The notes below the pieces were generated by a model that saw only the letters and a list, made by a program, of their open reading frames with translations, was not told the DNA's origin and ran no database searches. From assembly GCA_965216565.1 (NCBI GenBank), contig OZ244170.1, forward strand, positions 2,720,001 to 2,784,000: DNA of 64,000 bases. The letters run 5' to 3'. The position numbers and the translations under genes were made by a program. Origin of the DNA: Bythopirellula sp. Its GTDB lineage: Bacteria; Planctomycetota; Planctomycetia; Pirellulales; Lacipirellulaceae. Positions 27,325 through 36,554 of this stretch are shown piece by piece; positions within the stretch are counted from its first letter, which is position 1, and each line of letters starts with the position of its first letter.

Positions 27325-28098
27325 TCAACCCACCGGGGTTTGAAACTCCAGCTGAACCACTTCCAGCGATTCGTCGAACATCGAGCCGGCACGTTTGGCG
27401 ACAACTTGCACTTCGTCGGTGAGCCCGATCGTGTCGCCATCGTCAATCTGCTTTTTCTCTGAGATTTGATAGTGGGCCACGTTGTAAGCGAATTCCAAGA
27501 TTTGCTGCGGCTCTCCCGGGAAGTGAGGCACTTCGATTTCGGTATAACCGAGTGCTTCCATTCCCGTGGTATACATCCGCGTGCCGCCGGTTTCCGTTCG
27601 CTCCACACGGAAGTCGATCCACAGAAACAGTGGCAAATCGGCATCGGTGGATTGCACCGCCTGCTCGATAAATGCTTGCGACGGGTGTACCAATCGGCCT
27701 GGCCCCCAAAATACCCCTGCCGCTGCAGGACTTGCCGCTAGCCCGGCCACCAACTGCGTAAGTGCCAGACTTTTCTCTGCAGGCTTTCCGCCTTCGTCAA
27801 TCAACGTCACGACGAGATGAGCTTGATGATCGCGCAGCGCTTCTTCTGCATCGGGCCAGTACCAAGCGGTCGCGCAAGGACCTTCCAACTGGCTCCACGG
27901 CACAGGATTGGGAACCAACGTCGCCGCGGCCGTATATTCGCCGATGGTGCAGGTGAACATATTCTCTGTACTGCCGGCCTGCTCGATCGTGGGAGGCTCT
28001 TCGAAACGCTCGGCAATGGACTGCGCCATTTCATCGAACGAGGGCATCTTATTCTCTTTGAGCATCACCAATGCTAGCCAACGTAACGGATTGTCCAT
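27325..28098 (-). CDS. DUF4261-like domain protein
   Basis: HQAHLVV, LWIDF, YTTGMEALG..EIE and DGDTIG patterns. Confidence 0.7.
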   Translation of the reverse strand: MDNPLRWLALVMLKENKMPSFDEMAQSIAERFEEPPTIEQAGSTENMFTCTIGEYTAAATLVPNPVPWSQLEGPCATAWYWPDAEEALRDHQAHLVVTLIDEGGKPAEKSLALTQLVAGLAASPAAAGVFWGPGRLVHPSQAFIEQAVQSTDADLPLFLWIDFRVERTETGGTRMYTTGMEALGYTEIEVPHFPGEPQQILEFAYNVAHYQISEKKQIDDGDTIGLTDEVQVVAKRAGSMFDESLEVVQLEFQTPVG

Positions 28099-28166
28099 GA
28101 TGTTTGATTCCAGTCGATTCGAGAATTTCGGTACCTACAGCCTCAAGCCTAATGCCTTCGGGCTCC

Positions 28167-30464
28167 CTACCCTTTCAACGGCACGCCCACCGCCATTCGC
28201 TCCAGTGCCTCGATGTCTTTATCAATGAAGCGTTCCAACAGCAGCATGCAAACAAAACCGATTCCACCGCCGATGCTCACCACCAACAGCGGTCCGCGGA
28301 TTCCTCCTTCACCGTGACTAATCGTAACCAAGATCGTCCCAAACACGGGCACCAATGCCGCGATGGCCACGTGCACGCGATTCCAAAACCGCAGACGCTC
28401 GAGATCGCTCCAACGCGGCCCTAAGACCAGATTATTCCGCACCATTGCTGGGAAAAACCACCGCACGGCAAGTGTCACCAGGAAGAAGTAAGGGTACGCC
28501 ATCGCAGCAAAGCCGCACAAGGCAAGCGTGGAAAAGAAATGCGTGTACAGCGTCTTCACGCCTTCGTCTGCGGGGTTGAGCCCGAGGGCGATAGGATACG
28601 CAATTCCCGCTGCTGTCCACAAAGTTAATGTCAAGACAGAGACAAATAAGCCGAAGAACAAGACACGCGCACCCGCTTCGTCGGAGCGCTCCTTACCTTT
28701 TGTATTAACAAACTGAAATACCCCAGCCGCTACGTACAATCCATAGCCCATTCCAATGGCAAAGGCGACTACGTTGACCCAGAGCAATACCTGATCGAAC
28801 TTAGCGATGAACTCCGGCATCTGCTCTTTTACCCAGAGCCGGTAGTAATAAAACTTGAACGCCAAAATAATCACATTGGGAACCACGCTAACAGCGAGCG
28901 CTGCCACTAAGGGCATGCGGAGCAGTGCTTTGCCGAGGCTGCTTTCCACTGGCTGCATCATGCTCCACGCACGCGGATGCATGCAGAGTCGCAGGTCGCG
29001 GGCCACTTCTTCTGCTGTGCTGTACCGTTCATCCTGCCGCGATTGCAATAGACGCAGCAATACTTGCTTGAGTGCCTCGGGGCAATCTCGAGGTAGCTGC
29101 TCGGCGAGTTCTCCAAAGTCGGCATATTGTCGGCGGTCGATCATCCGCTGGATTCGGGCCAAAGTCTTCTCTTCGTCGTCCTCATCGTCAAATGGCCGAC
29201 GCCCACACAGCATTTCCCACAGCAAAACACCTAACGAGTACAAATCACTGGGGGCACGTACCCTTTGCGGCGAGCCACCCAGCACTGGATGGCAAGCTTG
29301 TAGTTGCTCTGGAGACATATAGACCAATGATCCACCAAAGGTGTCGGCGGGATCTTCATCCATGCGTCCGCCGTTGTAGCTCACATTAAAATCAGCCAGC
29401 TTCGGCGTTCCCGATGAAGTGAGCAACACGTTGGCCGGTTTGATGTCGCGATGCAACACGCCCTTCTTGTGCGCGTAGGTCAGCCCCTCGGCAAGCTGCG
29501 CGCCGATTTGGCACACGGCCATCGGCCAGGTCGCCGCTTCGAGCCAACTGCGAGCGGGCGATCCTTCCGGCTTCGATGTGCCATGTGCGGCCAGCTTTTC
29601 GTCGACCGTAGCCAAAAGCAATTGGCCCGTCCTCGCGCCAGGCGAAGTGCGACGGATCAACTGCACTACCGAATGCAACGTGCCGCCGGGGACCACCTCC
29701 ATATACAGCAACCGTACTGCAGGGTCGCCGGCTTCACGTTGGTCGTAGACCCGCACCAGGTTGGAATGATCGAGCTGCGCGAGCGTCTGCGGTTCGCTTC
29801 CCTGCTGAGCGGAAATTTTCAATGCGACAAGACGTTCCATGGAAACTTGTCGAGCGAGAAACACCTGCGCAAATGCCCCTTCGCCGAGCATGGTGAGCAA
29901 CTGGAAGTCGTCGACCTGTTGTCCCGGGTTGTAGCGGACCGTATCGTTTCCCACGGGCACCACGTCGGTCTGCTGCTTGGTTCCCTTTTTCGTTTCCGAG
30001 TAAAAAGTCTGAGTCGGGGTACACGGCACTGCCATTCCACCGACCAGATCGCACAGCGCGGGCGCCTCGTGGGGAAACCGCTCGTGGATTTCGTTTTCCG
30101 AAACGCTATCGCCCGATTGCATGCGGACCTGCAATTCTTCGTGAATCAATTCGACAGGCAATCTGCCTTCCCCGTCTCTTAACGGGAACTCATCGGCATA
30201 CGCTTCGAGCTTTTTCGGATTACGCTTGTTCTGCCAACGGTATTCAAGATCGGTCTTCACAAGCTCGGGAAGTGCCAGGCTGAACAACTTGCTGCCTGCC
30301 TCGGGCAACGCGGCCTGAAGACTTGGCTCGTCTTTCTCACCAGACAAATATTCTTCCCAATGCCCGCTAAAACTATCGATTGTTTCGGCAACCTGCTCCC
30401 ACAGCGCGTCGTCGCCTTGGGCACTGTGGCAAGGTTGGCTAGAATGTGAGTCGACGTCGGCCAT
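28167..30464 (-). CDS. Membrane Ser/Thr protein kinase
   Basis: LGEGAFAQV, VALK, HRDIKPANVL, ADFN, YMSPEQ; C-terminal multi-TM domain. Confidence 0.93.
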   Translation of the reverse strand: MADVDSHSSQPCHSAQGDDALWEQVAETIDSFSGHWEEYLSGEKDEPSLQAALPEAGSKLFSLALPELVKTDLEYRWQNKRNPKKLEAYADEFPLRDGEGRLPVELIHEELQVRMQSGDSVSENEIHERFPHEAPALCDLVGGMAVPCTPTQTFYSETKKGTKQQTDVVPVGNDTVRYNPGQQVDDFQLLTMLGEGAFAQVFLARQVSMERLVALKISAQQGSEPQTLAQLDHSNLVRVYDQREAGDPAVRLLYMEVVPGGTLHSVVQLIRRTSPGARTGQLLLATVDEKLAAHGTSKPEGSPARSWLEAATWPMAVCQIGAQLAEGLTYAHKKGVLHRDIKPANVLLTSSGTPKLADFNVSYNGGRMDEDPADTFGGSLVYMSPEQLQACHPVLGGSPQRVRAPSDLYSLGVLLWEMLCGRRPFDDEDDEEKTLARIQRMIDRRQYADFGELAEQLPRDCPEALKQVLLRLLQSRQDERYSTAEEVARDLRLCMHPRAWSMMQPVESSLGKALLRMPLVAALAVSVVPNVIILAFKFYYYRLWVKEQMPEFIAKFDQVLLWVNVVAFAIGMGYGLYVAAGVFQFVNTKGKERSDEAGARVLFFGLFVSVLTLTLWTAAGIAYPIALGLNPADEGVKTLYTHFFSTLALCGFAAMAYPYFFLVTLAVRWFFPAMVRNNLVLGPRWSDLERLRFWNRVHVAIAALVPVFGTILVTISHGEGGIRGPLLVVSIGGGIGFVCMLLLERFIDKDIEALERMAVGVPLKG

Positions 30465-30490
30465 CAAAAATCCTCTCGGTGCTCCAATCC

Positions 30491-31084
30491 ATGTCCGATC
30501 ATGATACGACTATTCTCGCCGGGATTCGAGCGGGCGACCAGGACGCTTTGGTCAAGTTTCTGGAAACCAATCGCGAATCGCTGCTAGCCTTCATCCGCAG
30601 TCGCATCGGCACCAAGCTGCAAAAGAAGGTCGAGCCAGAAGACGTTCTACAAGAGGCCAGCATCGAGGCCCTGCGGTCTTTCGAGCAAACCGACCTCACC
30701 AATTGGGACCCCCTGAATTGGTTGTTTCAGATTTGCGAACGAAAGATCATCGATGCGCATCGCCGTTATTTCGCCAGCAAAAAAAGAGATGCTAGTCGCG
30801 AAGCGGCACTCCCCGCCGGGAGCGACCAGGCAGGAATCGCCGATCTCTTAGCCGCCAGCATGACAACACCCAGCGCCGCCTTCAGCCGCGACCAACGACA
30901 GCTGCGCATGCTCGCCGCCCTCGACACGCTGCCAGAAACCGAACGCGAAGCCCTCCGCCTGCGGTACCTCGTGGGATTGCCTTCCAAAGAAATCGCCCAA
31001 AAGTTCGGCAAATCAGACGGCGCCACACGGGTGATGATCTCGCGCGCATTGAGCAAATTACAGGAGATGCTGAGTGAAGAGTGA
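30491..31084 (+). CDS. ECF RNA polymerase sigma factor (planctomycete STK-associated type)
   Basis: Region 2 EPEDVLQE, WLFQI; TTPS linker; region 4 LRY..GL..KEIA. Confidence 0.9.
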   Translation: MSDHDTTILAGIRAGDQDALVKFLETNRESLLAFIRSRIGTKLQKKVEPEDVLQEASIEALRSFEQTDLTNWDPLNWLFQICERKIIDAHRRYFASKKRDASREAALPAGSDQAGIADLLAASMTTPSAAFSRDQRQLRMLAALDTLPETEREALRLRYLVGLPSKEIAQKFGKSDGATRVMISRALSKLQEMLSEE

Positions 31085-31175
31085 GACCGAGGGGCGAACA
31101 AAACGCCATCGTTTAAACTTGTGAGAATTCAGCATTTGATCAACAGCACTTCGTACAATACCCCAACCTATCCCA

Positions 31176-31260
31176 AGCCCCAAAGGGGCGTCAGTTAATA
31201 GCCAGGGGCGCAAGCCCCTGGAACATTGTGCCAGCAATGAAACAAGCCCCAACGGGGCGA
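31176..31260. repeat. REP-like palindromes left of the transposase
   Basis: agccccaaaggggc; aatagccaggggcgcaagcccctgg; agccccaacggggc. Confidence 0.75.
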
Positions 31261-31298
31261 AAGCATCCTAGAAATCTTGTCCCTCCTCGGAATCAATC

Positions 31299-31748
31299 GT
31301 GCCACAATCCTTCGGCTCACTTCACTGTCACATTGTTTTCAGCACATAGAGTCGCAAGCCCCTAATCAGCCCGTCATGGCAATCTCGACTTCACGAAGAC
31401 ATCGGAGGCATCCTAAGAGAGAACTCCCACAAACTACTTGCCGCGGGAGGGATGCCCGACCACATTCACCTCTTAACCTCGATGAGTCGCCTGCGATCAG
31501 TGTCTGATTTGGTGCGGGTTGTGAAAACCAATTCTTCTTCCTGGATTCACAAAACCCTCAACGTTCCAGAATTTCAGTGGCAAAACGGATATGGTGCATT
31601 CGCTGTTAGTCTTTCAAATCTCGAACAAGTAAAAAGATATCTGGCCAATCAGGACGAGCACCACCGGACCCGTTCCTTTCAAGAGGAGTTCTTGGGGTTG
31701 TTACAAAAACACGATCTCCAGTGGGACGATCGATACGTGTGGGATTGA
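31299..31748 (+). pseudogene. tnpA: IS200/IS605-family (RAYT-like) Y1 transposase with an internal amber stop
   Basis: GTG 31299 reads MPQSFGSLHCHIVFST*SRKPLI...GGMPDHIHLL...FQWQNGYGAFAVS...YLANQDEHH; TAG at 31347-31349. Confidence 0.85.
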
Positions 31749-31755
31749 TCGGGTC

Positions 31756-31840
31756 TGTCGCCCTTTCAGGGCTTCTTTTTTTTAGCTTTTCGGGCCAGGG
31801 GCTTGCGCCCCTGGCTATTGACCCGTAGCCCCGTTGGGGC
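31756..31840. repeat. REP-like palindromes right of the transposase
   Basis: 31795-31819 is the exact 25-bp reverse complement of 31197-31221; also gccctttcagggc and gccccgttggggc. Confidence 0.75.
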
Positions 31841-31870
31841 GATCAGGCTTCAAGACTATGTAACTGGCAT

Positions 31871-31931
31871 TAGTCATACCTAATTGTGCGTAGTCATACC
31901 TAAGTGTGCTTATGTCATACATAGGGGTGCA
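31871..31931. repeat. Three imperfect tandem 20-21 bp repeats
   Basis: tagtcatacctaattgtgcg / tagtcatacctaagtgtgct / tatgtcatacataggggtgca. Confidence 0.7.
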
Positions 31932-31971
31932 TAGTTTTCCCTAGTTAGCACAATTCATGGGTTGATCAGAT

Positions 31972-32745
31972 TCACCGCGCCCCGCTCAAGAGCGGAGCTA
32001 GAATTGCGCTCGCCGCCACCAGTACGAGCAGCACGTAGGTAATTTGGCGGAACAAGGGTTTCGAGAGTCGGTGTCCCCAACCGAATCCAACCCGCAAACC
32101 AATTAGCACCATCGGCAACACAATCAAAGCGGTCGTTGCTGCGGGTAGGATTTTTTCTCCATGTTCCCAATAGAAAGCGGTCGCCACCACGGGGAGTCCC
32201 GTTGCAGAACAAAAAAACAAGAACGCCCGCGACTTTTGAGCCGTCCATGTTAGCCCGTTGAGGTAGATCACCAACGGCGCCCCGCCAATCGCAGCGAAGC
32301 CCATGAGCAATCCCGATGTCGTGTAGGCCAACGTCTGCCAGCCGAGGTTCAACTCGTCTCGGGGCGTCACCCGCAATCCCCACAGCAAGCTGATGGTGAC
32401 GAGCAAGATGGTACCGATCAATTGTTTGGACTGTGCGGGGTCTACATAGGTGTCGGCAAGCGAAGCAACATACGCGCCGCAGGGAATGGCAAGTATCCTC
32501 AGCGTTACCGGCAGCACAAGTTCCTTCGGCTCTAAGTGCGACCAAAGTTTCCAAGCGCCGGTTGTATTCTGCACGGCTGTTGAAACCAGATTGATCGTCG
32601 CTGCCTCGGGGATCGAAAACCCGCTTAGCATCAGCAACGGCACGCACAACAATCCCGATCCAAACCCGACGGCCCCTTGCACGACGCTGCCAAAGGTCAT
32701 GATCACACCGACCAAGGCAATTTCTTCGGGAGAGTACGTGACCAT
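31972..32745 (-). CDS. Sulfite exporter TauE/SafE family membrane protein
   Basis: VQGAVGFGSGLLCVPLL, GFAAIGGAPLVIYL, about 8 TM segments. Confidence 0.85.
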   Translation of the reverse strand: MVTYSPEEIALVGVIMTFGSVVQGAVGFGSGLLCVPLLMLSGFSIPEAATINLVSTAVQNTTGAWKLWSHLEPKELVLPVTLRILAIPCGAYVASLADTYVDPAQSKQLIGTILLVTISLLWGLRVTPRDELNLGWQTLAYTTSGLLMGFAAIGGAPLVIYLNGLTWTAQKSRAFLFFCSATGLPVVATAFYWEHGEKILPAATTALIVLPMVLIGLRVGFGWGHRLSKPLFRQITYVLLVLVAASAILAPLLSGAR

Positions 32746-33032
32746 GGGCAAGTTCAATGGGGACTCTGCGAGAGGACGAAAACGAACTAAGCCCCTACCC
32801 AACTCAAGCTAGTCGCGATTCAATAAATCGTCGACTGGAGGCCGTCTACCCGCGTAGAAACTGTGAGAACAGATTCTTCCGGAGGCAATCTTCATTGACA
32901 CAATCGATTGTGCCCAGACTGTGTCAATCGTCAAGGTCACCACGTTTCTCAGGCCCGGCAGCTTCTTTTGCGTTGTCACACTGAGTCTCGTCAGTGGAAC
33001 GTCCGTGGTGATTTGCACTCGCATTCCACGAC

Positions 33033-33797
33033 TCAGCTCCACCAGCCCCCGTTCACGTGGATGGTCTGTCCCGAGACATAGGATGCCAGGTCACTGCATA
33101 GGAACAAAACGACTGAAGCAATCTCATCAGGCTCGCCAAACCTACCGAGGGGAATCTGGTCTAGCATCTGACGCTGAACCTTATCGGGTATCGCTTTCCC
33201 CATTTCCGTCAACACAACTCCCGGCGCTACGGCGTTGACGGTAATACTCTGCTTGGCCAGCTCACGACTCAATACCTTGGTGAGTGACATAACGCCTGCC
33301 TTGGCCGCTGCGTAGTTGGCTTGACCGTAGGTTCCTACGACAGCAGATAATGAAGCAAGGCTAACGATCCGCCCTCCATCGGCCAAAGAGTGGCTGGCTT
33401 GTTGGCACATGTTGAACACGCCTGTGAGGTTGGTGTCGATCACCTGTTGCCACTGGTCGGAGGTCATGTTGCGAACGGTCCGATCTCGCGTGATTCCGGC
33501 GTTATTGACCACGATGTCAACTTGGCCCCATCGGGACTCAATTTGTTCGAACAAATCGGCAATGGCTGTGGGATCGCGCACGTCTGCGGGCAACGCCACC
33601 GCTCGATCTCCAAGCGCAGCTGCCACTTCCTCTGCTTGTGAGCGATTGCTTATGCCGCTAGCATCAGCCTCGTTCTCGAAGAAGTTGATGGCAACTTTTG
33701 CACCTGCTGCGTAGAGCGATTCGGCAATCGCACGCCCGAGCCCCTGTCCGGCACCGGTGACGATGGCATTCTTCTGAGAGAGATCAATTCGGTTCAT
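33033..33797 (-). CDS. SDR oxidoreductase (FabG/acetoacetyl-CoA reductase-like)
   Basis: TGAGQGLG, NNAGITRD, YAAAK, VNAVAPG. Confidence 0.9.
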   Translation of the reverse strand: MNRIDLSQKNAIVTGAGQGLGRAIAESLYAAGAKVAINFFENEADASGISNRSQAEEVAAALGDRAVALPADVRDPTAIADLFEQIESRWGQVDIVVNNAGITRDRTVRNMTSDQWQQVIDTNLTGVFNMCQQASHSLADGGRIVSLASLSAVVGTYGQANYAAAKAGVMSLTKVLSRELAKQSITVNAVAPGVVLTEMGKAIPDKVQRQMLDQIPLGRFGEPDEIASVVLFLCSDLASYVSGQTIHVNGGWWS

Positions 33798-33939
33798 AGC
33801 TGTGGTTCATCCTCGGAGCGATTTTAAATTGCCTGTCGTTGTTCTGCGACCCCTACTCCTCATCGGTTTCAAATTGCTTATAATCGAAATCTGTGGTGTT
33901 TGATAACCAACGATTGAAGAACACTAGTGAGGCTGACAA

Positions 33940-35382
33940 ATGCGACGACGTGATTTCTTAGTCGGAACTGCAACAGGTTTGGCAACAGCCGGATTGATTT
34001 CGGGTCGCTCAAAGGCAGAAACTCATGATCACGGTGCTCACGAGTTGTGCCAGCACATGTATCCAACGCCTCAGGCTGCGATGCGTTCTCCCCGTGAGAC
34101 CGTGGCGTTTGTACCGGCAATTTATGTTGGCACTGGGATATCAAAACCAGATTATCTAGCGGTCGTGGATCTCGATCCGCAGTCTCCAACATTCAGCCAA
34201 GTTGTGAGTCGTCTCCCCATGCCAAACGTGGGCGACGAACTTCATCATTTCGGCTGGAACGCCTGTAGTAGCTGTCACGGGGAACCTGGGAAATCGCGGC
34301 AGTATCTGGTGCTTCCCGGTTTGGGCTCTGGTCGAATTCATATTGTCGATGTGGCTAACCCGCGTCACCCGAAGTTGCACAAAGTGATCGAAGGCGAAGC
34401 CATTGCCGAGCAGGTGGATCTATCGGCTCCCCACACAGTCCACTGCCTCGCCAACGGGCAGATCATGATTTCTATGTTGGGCGACTCCAAGGGCGAAGGG
34501 CCGGGCGGTTTCCTCTTGCTCGATGATGAATTCGAGATTGTTGGGCGTTGGGAAAAGGAAGCCGAAGCAATGCGATTCAACTACGACTTCTGGTATCAGC
34601 CGCGACACAACGTCATGGTGAGTAGCGAATGGGGAGCGCCTAACACGATACAAGAGGGTTTCAAACTAGAAGATGTACAGGCCGACAAATACGGCCACCA
34701 ACTTCACTTTTGGGACTGGAAAGAAAAGCGTATCAAACAGAGTGTCGACCTGGGTGAAGAAGGCATGATTCCTCTGGAAGTTCGCTTTCACCACGACCCG
34801 GATAGCGCCCACGGTTATGTCGGCGCGGCGCTCAGCAGTGCCATGTGGCATTTCTCCAAAGGAGAGAAACTTTGGGATGTCGAAAAAGCTATTCAGGTCG
34901 ACCCGGTCGAAACAGAGGGCTGGCCATTCCCCGTTCCAGGGTTGATTACGGATTTATTGCTATCGCTCGATGATAAGTGGCTCTATTTTTCAAACTGGCT
35001 TCACGGAGATATTAGGCAATACGACGTTAGCGACCCGGCTAATCCAAAACTCACAGGGCAAGTGTGGCTGGGTGGAGTTATTGGCAAAGAAAGCTCGACA
35101 GATCGCCAGCTAGAAGGTGGCCCACAAATGTTGCAGTTGAGCCTCGATGGCAAGCGGCTCTATGTGACAAACTCTTTGTATAGTCGCTGGGACGATCAAT
35201 TCTATCCTGAGATGGCCAAGAGCGGCTCGTACATGTTGCAGCTCGACTGCAACACTGAGAGCGGCGGGCTGACAGTCAACGAAGATTTCTTCGTTGATTT
35301 TGGAAAAGAGCCAGATGGCCCTGCGCGGGCACACGAGATTAGGTTTCCCGGTGGCGACTGCACGTCGGACATTTGGGTGTAA
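33940..35382 (+). CDS. SBP56/SELENBP1-family protein (putative methanethiol oxidase) with Tat signal
   Basis: MRRRDFL signal; DELHHFGWNACSSC, YDFWYQPRHNVM, GGPQMLQLSLDGKRLY, GGDCTSDIW. Confidence 0.9.
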   Translation: MRRRDFLVGTATGLATAGLISGRSKAETHDHGAHELCQHMYPTPQAAMRSPRETVAFVPAIYVGTGISKPDYLAVVDLDPQSPTFSQVVSRLPMPNVGDELHHFGWNACSSCHGEPGKSRQYLVLPGLGSGRIHIVDVANPRHPKLHKVIEGEAIAEQVDLSAPHTVHCLANGQIMISMLGDSKGEGPGGFLLLDDEFEIVGRWEKEAEAMRFNYDFWYQPRHNVMVSSEWGAPNTIQEGFKLEDVQADKYGHQLHFWDWKEKRIKQSVDLGEEGMIPLEVRFHHDPDSAHGYVGAALSSAMWHFSKGEKLWDVEKAIQVDPVETEGWPFPVPGLITDLLLSLDDKWLYFSNWLHGDIRQYDVSDPANPKLTGQVWLGGVIGKESSTDRQLEGGPQMLQLSLDGKRLYVTNSLYSRWDDQFYPEMAKSGSYMLQLDCNTESGGLTVNEDFFVDFGKEPDGPARAHEIRFPGGDCTSDIWV

Positions 35383-35408
35383 GGCAGTTAGGCCGTTTCA
35401 ATTTTGGG

Positions 35409-36350
35409 CTAGCTTGTGACCGGCATGCTCTTGCCTCGCGCGGCTTCCAATTCCGGCATTGCCTTTTGTAAGGCTTTGATGTGTGCGGGACTTGTGCCGC
35501 AACAGCCACCTAGCAGTCGCACGCCAGCTGCAACCCAGCCGAGTGCCTCCGTGACCAATTCCTCTGGTGGAATGACGTCGACAAACTCCCAATTGGGTTT
35601 CGCAAAATAGCCCGACTCGGGATAGACGCCGATGGGGCCTGACCATCGCTCGCGAATTAGTTCGATGGCGCTGCCAATGGCTCTGATTTCGCTGTGCATA
35701 ATATTCACAACGGTAGGGCCCATCGGGATAAGAGCATCTAGAATCTCAGTGAAATCTGTGTCGGGACAGGCAAAGCTAACAATCCTGCCATCCTCTGCTC
35801 TTTTGCAACTCATCCCAAGCCAAATTGGCAATCCAGTTTCCAACGCTGCCCGCATCGCTCTGGGAGCATGCGTCGTATCTTCCATCATCTCCAACGCAAT
35901 GATGTCTGCCCCGGCCTTTGTAAGAATAGTGGCCGCTTCTCGATACGATTCGAGTTCTTTCTCAGCAGATTGATAGGCGCCTCGATCGAAACCGGGGGGC
36001 ATAGCCGAGATCGACCCAGCCACGGCAACGGCGGCGTCCGCCAGGTTCTCCCGGGCCAATATGGCAAGTTCCACGGCACTACGGTTGACGGTTTCGACTT
36101 GGTCTCCGAAACCAGCCGGTTCCAGCATCTGCCGCGTTGAGCCAAATGTGTTTGCAATGATCACCCGCGACCCAGAGCGAATGTAATCTTCGTGCGTCTC
36201 GCGCACGATGTCGGGATGCGAGAGCACGGCTGCTCCGCTCCACGCCACCATATCCATAGGTACTCCGCGGCGTTGGAGCTCGGTGCCCGTCGCACCATCG
36301 ATAAGTACAATTTCGTTTGCTTCAAGCTTTTGCTGCCAGTTTTTTTTCAT
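35409..36350 (-). CDS. Homocysteine S-methyltransferase family protein
   Basis: LIDGATGTEL, HEDYIRSG..IIANTF, GVYPE, GGCCGT.PAHI; start taken at ATG 36350. Confidence 0.9.
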   Translation of the reverse strand: MKKNWQQKLEANEIVLIDGATGTELQRRGVPMDMVAWSGAAVLSHPDIVRETHEDYIRSGSRVIIANTFGSTRQMLEPAGFGDQVETVNRSAVELAILARENLADAAVAVAGSISAMPPGFDRGAYQSAEKELESYREAATILTKAGADIIALEMMEDTTHAPRAMRAALETGLPIWLGMSCKRAEDGRIVSFACPDTDFTEILDALIPMGPTVVNIMHSEIRAIGSAIELIRERWSGPIGVYPESGYFAKPNWEFVDVIPPEELVTEALGWVAAGVRLLGGCCGTSPAHIKALQKAMPELEAARGKSMPVTS

Positions 36351-36511
36351 AACGTTTCTTTTTTTGCGGCAGTCCTTTTTGGGTGCCACACAATCGGCTA
36401 TATGGTAGCTTAACTAACGATAACAACATCTTCGGCTTTTTATTCTAATCCATGGCTACTCCAGAGTACAAAATGAGTTGGGCCATAATTCGCAAAACAG
36501 ATTGAATATTT

Positions 36512-36524
36512 TTTGTTGAACAAA
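36512..36524. promoter_or_regulatory. Putative operator TTTGTTGAACAAA, copy 1
   Basis: Palindrome (6-1-6) in the divergent HMT/ligase promoter region; identical copies at 47573 and 62324. Confidence 0.65.
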
Positions 36525-36554
36525 TATCTCTCGATGCTAAGTGGAGAAGAGTCC

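Noticed and set aside
31347..31349. In-frame TAG as pyrrolysine or programmed read-through
   Set aside because: Many genes in the window end in TAG and no pyl genes are seen; a single AAG-to-TAG nonsense change explains it.
31871..31931. Possible CRISPR mini-array
   Set aside because: Units are contiguous without unique spacers, and no cas genes are present; the same applies to the repeats at 14063 and 47392.
32809..33042. 77-aa ORF between the SDR and TauE genes
   Set aside because: No recognisable motif, GTG start inside the SDR 3' end; more likely intergenic DNA.
33541..33556. atttgttcgaacaaat resembling the TTTGTTGAACAAA operator
   Set aside because: It has a 2-bp centre instead of 1 bp and lies inside a coding sequence.
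33940..35382. Selenium-utilisation locus
   Set aside because: The family name is historical; no in-frame TGA, SECIS or sel genes are visible.
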